Shown here piece after piece: positions 51,941 to 62,557 of a stretch of 64,000 bases of DNA (positions are counted from its first letter, which is position 1; every line of letters begins with the position of its first letter). The DNA lies in NCBI GenBank assembly GCA_963663865.1, contig OY760686.1:2784001-2848000 (forward strand), written 5' to 3'. The position numbers and the translations under genes are program-made. The DNA comes from Spirochaetota bacterium. Lineage in GTDB: Bacteria > Spirochaetota > UBA4802 > UBA5550. Below the pieces are notes generated by a model that worked only from the letters and a program-made list of their open reading frames with translations, did no database searches and had not been told where the DNA came from.

Positions 51941-52822
51941 TCACTTCTTTCTGTAAATTGTAGGTCTCACTGTTCTCACAGGCAGGTCAAAACCGGCGAT
52001 GGATTCTGAGTGGCCGACAAAGAAATAGCCCCCTTCTCTCAGGTTGGAAATCAGCCTTGAACAAATCTGTATCTGCCGTTCCCTTTCGAAATAAATCAGA
52101 GCGTTACGGAAAAATATAATATCAAACAGATCGGGAAAGGGATAATACTGTGACATAAGGTTGAGCTGGAAGAATTCCGTACCAGCCCTGAGTTCAGGTA
52201 TTATTCTCACATGGGCGGCCTCCCTGTCGCGGCTTCTCATGAAATACCGTCTGAAGATATGTGCCGGAACATTCTTTACCCTGCCCGAAGGATAAACGGC
52301 CCGCCGGGCTGTTTCCAATACCTTCAAAGATATATCTGTCCCGGTAATTCTGTAATTCAGGCGGTCTAACCCTCTTGAAAGGGCGTACTCCTCGATTATG
52401 CACGCGAGGCTGTACACCTCCTCTCCGGTCGAACAGGCACAGCTCAGGACGCGCAGAGGCCGCTCAATCCCTGCCTTTTGCTCTTTAATCAGATTTGGAA
52501 GCACCTCTGACTGGAGGCTTTCAAAATGGGCCTGCTCTCTGAAAAAACTCGTCTCATGCGTAGAGACGAGGTCGGCGAAGATGTGAATTTCATGCATCAG
52601 CCCTTCGGAGGATTGTATGTATTCGAAGTAGTCCGAGAAAGTCGAGGCGCCCGTATGTCCCAGCCTTTTTGAAAGCCTCGAAACAAGGAGGGCTTTTTTT
52701 TCAGGCGGCATTTTTATTCCAAACTCGTTTTCTATGAAGGCGCTGATATCCCGCCTTTCTTTTTCAGTCATGGTGTAATGACCGTTTTGCAGAAAGCCTT
52801 TAAGCCCCATTTCTCCTCCCAT
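51941..52822 (-). CDS. cheR: Chemotaxis methyltransferase CheR
   Basis: ETSFFRE, ACSTGEEVYS, GTDIS, FRNALIYF, GHSES. Confidence 0.96.
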   Translation of the reverse strand: MGGEMGLKGFLQNGHYTMTEKERRDISAFIENEFGIKMPPEKKALLVSRLSKRLGHTGASTFSDYFEYIQSSEGLMHEIHIFADLVSTHETSFFREQAHFESLQSEVLPNLIKEQKAGIERPLRVLSCACSTGEEVYSLACIIEEYALSRGLDRLNYRITGTDISLKVLETARRAVYPSGRVKNVPAHIFRRYFMRSRDREAAHVRIIPELRAGTEFFQLNLMSQYYPFPDLFDIIFFRNALIYFERERQIQICSRLISNLREGGYFFVGHSESIAGFDLPVRTVRPTIYRKK

Positions 52823-52968
52823 TTAAACGGTTCCGCACAAAGGCCTCACCTGACCGATCAGAGCTGTATCCTGCCGTATAAAAAACTGTTTTGCCGGAAA
52901 ACCCGCCCGCCTCTGTGGAGAGCAGACTGACGGGCCGGTGTATAAGGCAATTATTAACTTTTTAAGAC

Positions 52969-53481
52969 TTACTTCTCCAAAGAGCCTTCATCCTCAGCCT
53001 CTTTGACAGTCTCTTTGAGAAGCTCAATCTCCTCTTCCGAGATAACCCTGTCAATATTAAGGACCATAATAAAGGCCCCGTTGTGTTTTCCAATGCCGTT
53101 AAGAAGCTCAATGTTCACTCTCGTCCCGATTTTCGGAGGAGGTTCGACACCGTTCTCAAACGATATAACACCTCGAACTGCATCCACGAGAGCACCGAGA
53201 ACAAGGTTCTCTCCGTCGGATACAGCCTCAACAATTATTACTGCCGTATCTGCTGTAAGGCCGCCTTCCTTCAATCCGAATTTGCGGCGCAAGTCGATTA
53301 CACTGACCACGCTTCCCCTGAGGTTAAGCACCCCCGCTACGTAAGGCGGAGCGCAGGGGATGGGCGTTATGTCGGGCAGAGACAGAACCTCACGTGTCCT
53401 CAGAACATCAAACGCGAACAGATTCCCGGCGAGCATAAAAGAAAGGAACTGTTCCTTTTCTCTCAAATCTTCATGTTGCAT
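52969..53481 (-). CDS. cheW: Chemotaxis adaptor CheW
   Basis: GVLNLRGSVVSVIDLR, LVDAV. Confidence 0.95.
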   Translation of the reverse strand: MQHEDLREKEQFLSFMLAGNLFAFDVLRTREVLSLPDITPIPCAPPYVAGVLNLRGSVVSVIDLRRKFGLKEGGLTADTAVIIVEAVSDGENLVLGALVDAVRGVISFENGVEPPPKIGTRVNIELLNGIGKHNGAFIMVLNIDRVISEEEIELLKETVKEAEDEGSLEK

Positions 53482-53488
53482 AACACCC

Positions 53489-55060
53489 TCACCTGTCCAT
53501 TCTTTCAAAATCGCCATCTTCAGCGTCGCCTATATCAAGTTTAACTCCGCCCTTGCCGGTGTCCTTTTTATCCTTCGCGTTAAGGTCGAGATGAGGCAGG
53601 GCCTTTCTCTCAGCTCCATGTCCGTATGCTCCCCTGGTGTAAGTCTGCATGTTGCGGGGCTTGTCGTGCTTTAGACTTATGTATTGTGCCTCATCAACGT
53701 TTCTCTTGCCCGTCTTAAGAAACGCTATCCCCTCTTTCATAAGCATGGTCTGCGAAGCCAGCTGTTCAGATGTAGCAGCAAGCTCTTCTGCGTTAGAAGC
53801 GTTCTGCTGAACCACTGTCGAAAGCTGGACTACTGCAGTGTTAATCTGCTCGCTTCCATTGGCCTGTTCACCGCTCGCGGCGTTTATTTCAGCAACAAGC
53901 TCTGCCGTCCTCTGTATGTCAGGTACCAGCATTTCAAGCATCTCGCCGGCCTTTTCAGCCGTATCAACGCTTGAGTTTGAAAGCTCGCTTATCTCAGTGG
54001 CAGCTATCTGGCTTCTCTCCGCCAACTTCTGGACTTCGCTCGCGACAACCGCGAATCCTCTTCCGTGTTCACCGGCCCGGGCAGCCTCAATGGAGGCGTT
54101 TAACGACAGGAGGTTGGTCTGGCGCGCTATCTCCTGGATTATGCTTATCTTGTCAGCAATCTCCTTCATAGCCTTCACAGTTTTGCCGACTATTTCTCCG
54201 CTTGCCCTTGCGTCGCTCGCGCTCTTGGTAGCGATTCTCTCTGTTTCGGCGGCGTTATCGGAGTTCTGCCTTATTGAAGCCGTGGACTCCTCCATTGTAC
54301 TTGAAATTTCCTCAACTGTAGCGGCCTGTTCGTTTGCACCCTGAGAAAGCTCCTCTGACGATGATGATATCTGCTGAGTACCTGAACTGACCTGGTTTGA
54401 GGCCTCGTCAATAGCGTTAACAATCGCGTATATTGATCTCGTGAGCATAAGCCCTATCGCTATTGCTATTATGAAGACAATAATGCACACGATAATCATA
54501 ATGGTGTTGCTCACCGCGGCAGATTTTGTATTCTCAATGTGCGTATCACCCGCGAATTTTTCCTTAACATCCATCATTTCAAGAATCGTGTTTTCTATCT
54601 CGACACCTACTTTGGCATATCTTGCCACAAGCTGGTCTACAAGCTCATCGCGCCCCTGAATTTTTGCCTGCCTTATCCTTGTCATACCGTCTTCGTAATC
54701 ATTCACGTTATTCTTGAACTTCTCATACTTAACCTTCCACTCGTCCGTAGTAATGTCGTCCTGGAAGTCTGATATCCCCTTTTTAACATCACCAAATGCC
54801 CTGTCGAGAACCCTGCCTTCCTGTTCAACTCCATAGGCGGTGTTTGACCTCAGCACCCTGTAAACATGGATTCTGACCGTTTGAAAGCTGTAAGCCATCT
54901 TGGACAGAACCACTATAGGCTGTGTGCACTTCTCAAAGAGGTACTCCTCTTTCTGAACCATTGACTTGAGATTGAAGATTGAGAACACTCCCAGCATAAG
55001 CGCTATCAGCGCGACCGAAAGAAACCCCAATAAAAGCTTTCCTCTAATACCTAATTTCAT
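53489..55060 (-). CDS. Methyl-accepting chemotaxis protein (four-helix-bundle sensor, C-terminal DFERM tether-like motif)
   Basis: Two TMs, [27 protein letters not shown]. Confidence 0.95.
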   Translation of the reverse strand: MKLGIRGKLLLGFLSVALIALMLGVFSIFNLKSMVQKEEYLFEKCTQPIVVLSKMAYSFQTVRIHVYRVLRSNTAYGVEQEGRVLDRAFGDVKKGISDFQDDITTDEWKVKYEKFKNNVNDYEDGMTRIRQAKIQGRDELVDQLVARYAKVGVEIENTILEMMDVKEKFAGDTHIENTKSAAVSNTIMIIVCIIVFIIAIAIGLMLTRSIYAIVNAIDEASNQVSSGTQQISSSSEELSQGANEQAATVEEISSTMEESTASIRQNSDNAAETERIATKSASDARASGEIVGKTVKAMKEIADKISIIQEIARQTNLLSLNASIEAARAGEHGRGFAVVASEVQKLAERSQIAATEISELSNSSVDTAEKAGEMLEMLVPDIQRTAELVAEINAASGEQANGSEQINTAVVQLSTVVQQNASNAEELAATSEQLASQTMLMKEGIAFLKTGKRNVDEAQYISLKHDKPRNMQTYTRGAYGHGAERKALPHLDLNAKDKKDTGKGGVKLDIGDAEDGDFERMDR

Positions 55061-55090
55061 GGTGATCTCCTTTAATAATGAAAAATGTAT

Positions 55091-57073
55091 TCAGCCCATA
55101 ATGGCCTTTTTCCCGGACGCCATGTCCAGGATGCTCATCAGATCAAGTACAAGCGCTATATCCCCATTTCCGAGAATGGTTGCTCCAGAGAGGAACCCTC
55201 CTCTGCTGTCAGTCCTGCTGATCGGCTTAATGACGGTCTGATGCTTTCCTACAAGCCGATCGACAAGAAAACCGACCTTGCCTTCACCCGTATCAGTCAC
55301 AATAATCTGTCTTCCTCCGCGGACACCGCCGCGAAGACGCATAAGAGCCTTGAGGTCGAGACATGATATCATCTCACCTCTCAGATTAATATTAAACCTG
55401 CCGTTTTCATCAGCGTCACTGCCTGCTTCACCGGCCTCAATGCATTCAAGAACATTGGCCAGGTTAAAGATGTAGAGCCCGCCCGCGACCTCGAACATAA
55501 AGCCGTCAATAATCGCGAGTGTAAGCGGGATGAGAATTGACACATCAGTTCCCACGCCTGCTGTAGAGCTTACATTGACGCTTCCCCGCAGCTTTTCAAT
55601 GTTTCTCGAAAGCACATCCATTCCAACGCCTCTGCCCGACACATCAGTGGCAACATCCGCCGTTGAAAAACCGGGCTCAAAAATCTTTGAGAAAATTACG
55701 CTGTCATCTTCTTCAGATGTGGACAAAAGCCCTTTCTCGACCGCTTTCCTCTTTATCCTCTCACGGTCAAGCCCACGCCCGTCATCCCTGATACGAATCA
55801 GCACCTTCGATCCAGAATGCTCAGCGCTTAAGCGTATTGTGCCGGCTTCCGGCTTCCCCGCAGCCAGCCTCTCGGCAGGCTGCTCAATTCCATGGTCAGC
55901 AGAATTTCTTATGAGGTGCATCAGCGGATCTCGCAGCTGCTCAATCATGTTTTTGTCGAGCTCAGTTTCACCGCCGCTGGTTACAATCTTGATTTTTTTC
56001 GAGAGTTTTGACGAAAGCTCGAATACCAGCCGGCCGTATCCCCCGAAGAGTTCAGCTACCGGTATCATACGGATGCTCATTGTGGTATCCCTGAGCTCAT
56101 CGGTAAGACGGTCAAAGCTTTCCGCGATTGAACCCAGCTCAGGTAGGCGGCTTACAGAGGCCTCCTGCGCAAGCCTCGCGTTAAGTGTAACAAGCTCGCC
56201 CACAAGGTTCACGAGCTGGTCAAGCTTTTCGTTCTTAACCCTGATAGTCGTTACATCAGACCTTCTGCGTTCGAAACCGGGGGGCTTTCCATTACCGCTT
56301 TTTTCAACGGGCCTGGAGGACTCTGAGCTCAAGGTTTTTTGCTCCGAAGACGAATCCTCCGGAGCAGAGGCTTTGATCTCAAGCTCGGAATAGTCATCAA
56401 CAAACATGAACGCGTTCTTAACCGCCCCGATACCTCTGTCTGTTTTAAGGGAGCCTCTCCACGATATGTAACACATCTCAGGATTCAGTTTATCAAAATC
56501 GGGAATACGCGAGAGGTCCGCTTTAAGCTGCAGCTTCCCCGCCTCTGAAAGCTCTCTAAAAACAGGCCCAAGCTTGACCCCTCTGAGAAATACCTCAGGA
56601 AAAGGCTTGAACGATATCTCAAAGGTCTGAAGCCCCCCATCCTTTTTCGATGGACCGTCTTCTTTTTGAATGGAAACTTCAGAAACTCCTCCACCGGTAC
56701 AGGAGTTAAGCCTCGCGAGAAGCTCATCCCTTCGCTTCTTTTCATCGTCGCTGTCATCCCCGGCAAGCAGAGAAGCAATCATATCTCTTGCTTCCAGTGA
56801 AAGCGCCAGTATGTCATTTGAAACCTCGGTCTCCCCTTTTCGTATTGAATCAAAAATATTCTCAATATCATGAACGAATGATGAAATCTCCGTATATCCA
56901 AACATGGCGGATGAACCCTTTATTGTATGAAGGGCCCGAAAAGCAGAGGCTACAAGCTCGCCCGACTCATCTCCCTCCTCAAGCCTGACCAGCGTACTCT
57001 CCAGTTCGGAGAGTATTTCGTTCATCTCTTCAAGGTAGGTCTGTCTGAGTTCATTGCTGTCAGCTATACTCAT
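55091..57073 (-). CDS. cheA: Chemotaxis histidine kinase CheA
   Basis: FRALHTIKG Hpt, HLIRNSADHG, DDGRG, SGRGVGMD, PLTLAI; ATGA overlap with STAS gene. Confidence 0.97.
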   Translation of the reverse strand: MSIADSNELRQTYLEEMNEILSELESTLVRLEEGDESGELVASAFRALHTIKGSSAMFGYTEISSFVHDIENIFDSIRKGETEVSNDILALSLEARDMIASLLAGDDSDDEKKRRDELLARLNSCTGGGVSEVSIQKEDGPSKKDGGLQTFEISFKPFPEVFLRGVKLGPVFRELSEAGKLQLKADLSRIPDFDKLNPEMCYISWRGSLKTDRGIGAVKNAFMFVDDYSELEIKASAPEDSSSEQKTLSSESSRPVEKSGNGKPPGFERRRSDVTTIRVKNEKLDQLVNLVGELVTLNARLAQEASVSRLPELGSIAESFDRLTDELRDTTMSIRMIPVAELFGGYGRLVFELSSKLSKKIKIVTSGGETELDKNMIEQLRDPLMHLIRNSADHGIEQPAERLAAGKPEAGTIRLSAEHSGSKVLIRIRDDGRGLDRERIKRKAVEKGLLSTSEEDDSVIFSKIFEPGFSTADVATDVSGRGVGMDVLSRNIEKLRGSVNVSSTAGVGTDVSILIPLTLAIIDGFMFEVAGGLYIFNLANVLECIEAGEAGSDADENGRFNINLRGEMISCLDLKALMRLRGGVRGGRQIIVTDTGEGKVGFLVDRLVGKHQTVIKPISRTDSRGGFLSGATILGNGDIALVLDLMSILDMASGKKAIMG

Positions 57074-57393
57074 TTTGCCACCTCCACCTTCAGCCATGAC
57101 GGAATGCCGATGCCGCATTGTTCCAGCATCTTCGAAAAACTCCCGTCCCCGCTGTCTGTTACAGTAATGGATATACCTCTTGATTCAAGATAAACCGCGT
57201 AGGAGTGAATTATCTGGAAGAAGCTCAAATCCGGTTTCGCGACAGAGCTGATATCCATCCTCAACCGGGTTATTCCCTGAAGCTCTATTTCTCCCAGCTC
57301 GGCCTTGATTTTATCCGCTTCTCCGGACGAGGCTCTTCCTTCAATCCGCACCGCTGCCTCTTCCAGGCTTTTTGTTACTTCAATGAGAGACAT
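57070..57393 (-). CDS. STAS-domain protein
   Basis: MDISSVAKPDLSFFQII pattern; between cheY and cheA. Confidence 0.75.
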   Translation of the reverse strand: MSLIEVTKSLEEAAVRIEGRASSGEADKIKAELGEIELQGITRLRMDISSVAKPDLSFFQIIHSYAVYLESRGISITVTDSGDGSFSKMLEQCGIGIPSWLKVEVAK

Positions 57394-57414
57394 TAACCCT
57401 CCAGTTGCTGATCA

Positions 57415-57774
57415 TCAGCCTATTACCCTGTTAATCACCTCGAGCAGGCCTTTTGGCTCAAATGGCTTGTTCAGCCAGGCTGTGGCCCCGGCCTCTTTCC
57501 CCCTGCTCTTGACATCTTCCTGCGATTCCGTTGTCAGTATGATGATGGGTACTGTTTTGGCCGTGCTGCCGGAACGGATCACCTTGATCATTTCGATCCC
57601 GTCCATCTCAGGCATGTTGACATCGCTGACAATAAGATCTATCTCATTGTCCAGCTTCTCAATACCGTCGGCACCATTGACCGCTTCGATAACAGCATAC
57701 CCCTCCTTCTCAAGGATAAATTTCACTGATTTTCTTATGGAAGCTGAATCATCGATTACAAGCACTCTTGGCAT
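57415..57774 (-). CDS. cheY: CheY-like response regulator
   Basis: IDDS, DVNMP, LTTE, KPF. Confidence 0.93.
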   Translation of the reverse strand: MPRVLVIDDSASIRKSVKFILEKEGYAVIEAVNGADGIEKLDNEIDLIVSDVNMPEMDGIEMIKVIRSGSTAKTVPIIILTTESQEDVKSRGKEAGATAWLNKPFEPKGLLEVINRVIG

Positions 57775-57806
57775 TGAATCCCCCTCTCTATATATTAAGT
57801 GAAATA

Positions 57807-59090
57807 CTATTCAACCCTCACAGGAGCATCTACGGCTGCCTCTGCAGCGGCGCTGAGTTCTTCAGACGCGGCGGGCAGATACAGCACCGCCATGACCTTT
57901 TCAACGACGCCCCTGCTGAAATCAGAATGGTCTTTGATATTGGAGACCTCCACAATACCGCCGTGTTTTACAACAACGTTCTCAACGAAGGGAAGTCCCA
58001 GTCCGTAATCAAGTGACGGAAACTCTTCCTGAACCGATTTGTTAAGTCTGAAAAACGGTTCAAAGATTATTGCCTCATAACCCATGGGAATTCCCTTTCT
58101 TCCTTCGCTGTCCGGGACAGGCTCGTTCAATATTATAACGGATATTCCGTTCCTGTCAGGCTTGACCATTATGTGAATATCGCTTCCCCTGACTGAGTAC
58201 TTCAGCGCGTTAATAATAAGCTCCCCGATTGCCTTCTCCATCTGAGCCGTATCAACCGCGACATTAATTTGAAAGGCGCCTGAAGGGTCGCTTAGAAGAA
58301 TTCTGTTTTTTCGAATAGACTCAATCTTTCTGCTGTCCTCGACAAGCTGTGATATAAACCAGTGGAACATTTCATAGTCGAGAAGCTCAAGGGCCGGTTC
58401 GCTTTCCTGTATAAGATTTATGTTAGTCATCATATCCATGGCGTTTTTTACGGATCCGATTGTTTCAACAACAAACTCGTATACGCCCGGCTCTACAAGA
58501 TAACCTTCCTCCGTTTTGCGGCTTCCGGATGTCATCATGTCAAGACAGGTAATCAGGGCCCCTGTGCCTACGCCCTGATTAAATGCTCTCTGCATGTCTT
58601 CGAACATGCTCTTGTTCCCCTGCTTGATGGACGCGTTGGCCTTTTCCTGCCACTTGTACCATGAAAGCTGGTTTTCAAGCCTGACGACTTTTTCCTTTTC
58701 GAGAAGTATCTTCGTCTTCCTGAGTTCGGCGACCTCAAAGGCGTTGTTCAGCCTGTTGGCCAGATCTTCTGAACTCACATCCTTTCTGAAGTAGTCATAA
58801 ACACCGAGCTTCATAATACGTACGATTGTGTCGTAATCGTCATGCACTGTTATAACGAAAATAACCGGGGGGAACTCGAGAGTATTGAGTTTGATAATGA
58901 GCCGCTCCCCGTCCATTACAGGCATCTCAAGATCGGTAAGAACCACGGGATAAGGGTTGGATTCAAAAAGCTCAAGGGCTTCCATTCCGTTGTGGGCCGT
59001 GTCAACGTCGAAACCCTGCTTCTCAAGAGAGTCTCTCAGCTTTGCGGCAATCGATTTGCTGTCTTCCACCAGCAGCAGTTTTCTGTTCAT
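57807..59090 (-). CDS. Hybrid REC + HATPase protein lacking a recognisable H-box
   Basis: VEDS..DLEMP REC; ELIINALKYS, IFEPFFR, GLGL boxes. Confidence 0.85.
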   Translation of the reverse strand: MNRKLLLVEDSKSIAAKLRDSLEKQGFDVDTAHNGMEALELFESNPYPVVLTDLEMPVMDGERLIIKLNTLEFPPVIFVITVHDDYDTIVRIMKLGVYDYFRKDVSSEDLANRLNNAFEVAELRKTKILLEKEKVVRLENQLSWYKWQEKANASIKQGNKSMFEDMQRAFNQGVGTGALITCLDMMTSGSRKTEEGYLVEPGVYEFVVETIGSVKNAMDMMTNINLIQESEPALELLDYEMFHWFISQLVEDSRKIESIRKNRILLSDPSGAFQINVAVDTAQMEKAIGELIINALKYSVRGSDIHIMVKPDRNGISVIILNEPVPDSEGRKGIPMGYEAIIFEPFFRLNKSVQEEFPSLDYGLGLPFVENVVVKHGGIVEVSNIKDHSDFSRGVVEKVMAVLYLPAASEELSAAAEAAVDAPVRVE

Positions 59091-59147
59091 GAATTATCCC
59101 GTATTAAAATCAAAAATTTCATCTTCTCCGAAACCGGCAATATCCGA

Positions 59148-59176
59148 ATTATAGGCGATTATCTCAGTTTATTCAA
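59148..59176 (-). promoter_or_regulatory. Sigma70 promoter of the chemosensory operon
   Basis: TTGAAT-N17-TATAAT about 57 bp upstream of ATG 59090. Confidence 0.65.
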
Positions 59177-59603
59177 ACAAAAAAAGTCGTCAAATTCTCA
59201 GAATGTTCAGTTTTTATTATTAAAAAACAATATAATTCGATGCCTACACCGCAGCGTCAAACTCGTCAAGATTAATATGTTAATTTGTATTAATATTATT
59301 TTTTTATTTATTATGTTTAATTTATTAATTATTGTTTATAGATATGTATGTTTTTTTATACAACCCATTTCAATTGATTAATTAAAATATATTAATTATA
59401 ATCATTAATTATGTTTATTATTTCATCGGAAAAATATCAGAATTACAGCTATATCAGCTTACGCGAAATATCGCGCTTCCAATTATTTTTTGAGACGGTT
59501 TTAATCTCCGGTTTCAATGCAAGTCATTCATTCTCGATAGGGAGATGCGAATCTGAGGGCTTTTTTGAAAATATGGGAGGATAAATTTATTACAGTTAAA
59601 AGT

Positions 59604-62432
59604 CTATCTGTCTGAAGAAACAGCTATCGCGGCATTAAGCAGCCTTATTGAACAGCCTATCCCCGAATACGATTTACAGGCCGCTATAAGCCGTTCGCGC
59701 TCCTGTTGAGCCTTCATAATGCGGTTGGTCGTTCTGGTTATCTGCGAGCGCATGTCCTTCCCGTACCACTTCATTGAGCTTTTTTGAAGTTCCAGCTTTT
59801 CCTCAAGTTCACGGATGGCTCTGTCAAAGGATTCCCGTATTTTTTCAAGCTCCGGGTCAATCTGGAAATCAATGCTGTCGCACATATCGCTCCGCCTGGA
59901 GTCGACCCTGGACCGCACACGCCTTTCTGCCTGGCTGAAGAGATATGCCGCGTTTTCGGATATGCGGCGCTTTAATGAGTCATCAACCTGGGGCGGCGCC
60001 TCCGTAAGCTCATTCTCAGCGGCCTCTCTCTCGAGGGATTCGAGGTCCCATTCACCAAGGCTTCCGTCAAGAAGCGCGATTATCGGAACAAGCTCCTGGC
60101 TCCGCTTAACTGATTTGTAGGTTACGATAAAATTGAACAGAAGCCCAGTGAAGCTGCGCCCTGACTGCAGCCGCACTATTCCGGTTGTTCCTCCGAAACC
60201 TCTGCCCTGGCACCGTGCAATTGAATCCTCAACAAGGCTGTGGCCGAAAGCCAGAAATTCCAGCGAGTCGTTTTCAAGCGCCAGCTGGCTGTCGAATGTT
60301 CCATGCTTCGTCTTCCCGTCGGGGAGCATTAGCTCATAGAGCCCGCCCGGCTTCAGAGGGACCTTAAATGACGAGGACAGTTCCGGATCAGCAGCCGCAA
60401 GCCTCCTGACAAAGGCCTCAATTCTCTGGTTGGAGAACTGCCTCTCCTTGAGCGTAATCCTGTAGTACTCATCGTAATTAAAATCCATGCGGTGCGTAAC
60501 CGTCAGCTCGGAAAGCTTCTCATAGTTCTTTCTTGCCGCTTCGAGCCTGCCGTCCAGCTCTTTGTTTATATCGGACTTTTTCCTGCGGCCGGAGACGAGT
60601 TCCATGAAAAGGCTGTTCAGGCTGAGCTCATCCTCAATCTCTCCCAGCATAACGTCAGGAGTGCCTATGGACTCTTCAAACAGCTTCAATTTTCTCGTGA
60701 GCACCTCAAGCACCCTTTCCGCGACAGTATCGCTGGTCGAAAAGTTATACACAAGAACATCATTCGGCTGGCCGAACCGGTGAATACGCCCGATCCTCTG
60801 CTCAATTTTCAGCGGCGACCAGGGAAGATCATAGTTAATGAGGACATCGCAGAACTGCATATTCCGCCCTTCGCCTCCGGCTTCAGTTGCGATTATAACT
60901 TCAGCGCTGTTTTTGAATTCCAGTATTGCCCTTTCCTTCTCATCGGCGCTCATTGAGCCGTTGAACGCGACAGTGCTGAATCCATCAAGAAACCCGACAA
61001 GGAAGTCCTGAGTAGTCCTGAACTGTGTAAATATGATGAACTTCTTTTTGCCTTTCTTTCTAAGCGAGCGCATAAGCTCGCCCAGCTTTTCAGCCTTTTT
61101 ATTCACTTCAATCCTTTCCGCGATTTCAATCAGCCTGCTAATAGTGGAAATCTCAACACCGAGCTCAGCAACTGTCTTTTCAAGGGATATATCCATGAGG
61201 TCGTCCACAGACTCGTCCTCGTCCATATCGGATAGATCAAGATATCTGGCTGCCTCTTCCGAAAGCAGTGTGCCTCCCTCTGCCCTTGAAAGCAGCTCTT
61301 CAAGCCTGGTTCTCCTGTTGCGCAGCGCGACAAGCAGGGCGTATGACGAGGAATCAAGGAGCTTCTGAAAAACCGTCATGACGAATCCTACAGCCCTGTT
61401 TTCATTCTGCATTGCCCTGTTGAACTCTTCAACTACATACTTTGTAGTCTCTTCGTAGAGATGCCTCTCATCAGGATAGAGCTCAAACTTGACAGTACGC
61501 GCGAACCTTCGAGTAAATCCGCCGATATCGCGTTTTGTCCTGCGTATAACAACCTGTGAAAGCTTTTCTTTGAGGCCCGACAGATCAGCGCCCTCAGCAC
61601 AGTACTCATTGGCAAACGACTGAAAAGGCCCGAGCAGATTTTTGTCAATGAGCGCTATCAGAAAGTAAAGCTCCTCAAGCTTTCCCCTGAACGGGGTAGC
61701 GGAAAGAAGCAGCAGGCTCCTGGTCCTGTCGGAAACTATTTCGGCCATCGTATATGCCTGAGTCGAGCTGTTAGCGTCGCGCCTGAGCCTGTGGGCCTCG
61801 TCGAAAATGACCGAATCCCACGACGTCCTTGCGAGGTCCTCGGCAAAGGCCTCGTTCTTGATAAAGTCAAGGGAGCATATTATCTTGTCCCGCGCCGTCC
61901 ATGGATTGCCCGACGCTCCGCATTCCTTCTTAAGCTGCTTCATGAGCCTGCGGTCCATGATCTCGAATTCTTCGTTGAACTTGTATTTCATCTCGCTCTG
62001 CCACTGATAGAGCAGCGACGCGGGACATGAAATGAGTATGCGGCTGTACCCGTAGCGGTAGATCATCTCCTTTATTACAAGGCCGGCTTCAATAGTCTTG
62101 CCCAATCCGACCTCATCGGCTATGAGAAAGCGCTGCTTGAGTGCGCAGACAATTCTGTGCGTGCTTTCAACCTGATGGGCCAGAATTCTGGTCCTGGAAT
62201 TAGAAAGGGAAAGTATTTTGTTGTACGCGTATGCCAGCTGCAGAACATACGATTCAGTCTTCAGATGGAACCTCAGAGGGTCCCCGAATTCCCCGCGGAC
62301 AAGGGAGGCGAGCGCCTCTTCCGTGTTTTCAATCGGCAGAAGCGCGCCGTCTGTCTGTTCACTTTCCCGGAAAAGGGATTCATCCGTTATATCGAAAAGT
62401 TCCGGATTTTCTGATGTCGATTGATATGTCAT
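59604..62432 (-). CDS. SNF2/RapA-like helicase
   Basis: LIADEVGLGKT, DEAH, SATP, QRIGRIHRFGQ. Confidence 0.92.
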   Translation of the reverse strand: MTYQSTSENPELFDITDESLFRESEQTDGALLPIENTEEALASLVRGEFGDPLRFHLKTESYVLQLAYAYNKILSLSNSRTRILAHQVESTHRIVCALKQRFLIADEVGLGKTIEAGLVIKEMIYRYGYSRILISCPASLLYQWQSEMKYKFNEEFEIMDRRLMKQLKKECGASGNPWTARDKIICSLDFIKNEAFAEDLARTSWDSVIFDEAHRLRRDANSSTQAYTMAEIVSDRTRSLLLLSATPFRGKLEELYFLIALIDKNLLGPFQSFANEYCAEGADLSGLKEKLSQVVIRRTKRDIGGFTRRFARTVKFELYPDERHLYEETTKYVVEEFNRAMQNENRAVGFVMTVFQKLLDSSSYALLVALRNRRTRLEELLSRAEGGTLLSEEAARYLDLSDMDEDESVDDLMDISLEKTVAELGVEISTISRLIEIAERIEVNKKAEKLGELMRSLRKKGKKKFIIFTQFRTTQDFLVGFLDGFSTVAFNGSMSADEKERAILEFKNSAEVIIATEAGGEGRNMQFCDVLINYDLPWSPLKIEQRIGRIHRFGQPNDVLVYNFSTSDTVAERVLEVLTRKLKLFEESIGTPDVMLGEIEDELSLNSLFMELVSGRRKKSDINKELDGRLEAARKNYEKLSELTVTHRMDFNYDEYYRITLKERQFSNQRIEAFVRRLAAADPELSSSFKVPLKPGGLYELMLPDGKTKHGTFDSQLALENDSLEFLAFGHSLVEDSIARCQGRGFGGTTGIVRLQSGRSFTGLLFNFIVTYKSVKRSQELVPIIALLDGSLGEWDLESLEREAAENELTEAPPQVDDSLKRRISENAAYLFSQAERRVRSRVDSRRSDMCDSIDFQIDPELEKIRESFDRAIRELEEKLELQKSSMKWYGKDMRSQITRTTNRIMKAQQERERLIAACKSYSGIGCSIRLLNAAIAVSSDR

Positions 62433-62557
62433 TATTCTCTGAATTATTATCCACTAAACAAGAAATCCCCCTCAGGGCAAGGGGGATTCCATAAATTCCT
62501 TCAGGGGACATAAAATTCTCCGGAAAACTATAGTTCAAGCAATTTTTTATACCGGCC

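Noticed and set aside
55530-56393. 287-aa antisense ORF inside cheA (and similar antisense ORFs in rnf, dnaE and MCP genes)
   Set aside because: Shadow frames of well-supported genes, with Ser-rich composition typical of antisense reading
59604-62432. SNF2 helicase as part of a DISARM/BREX-like defence system
   Set aside because: No methylase, nuclease or other defence genes adjacent; composition looks like the core genome
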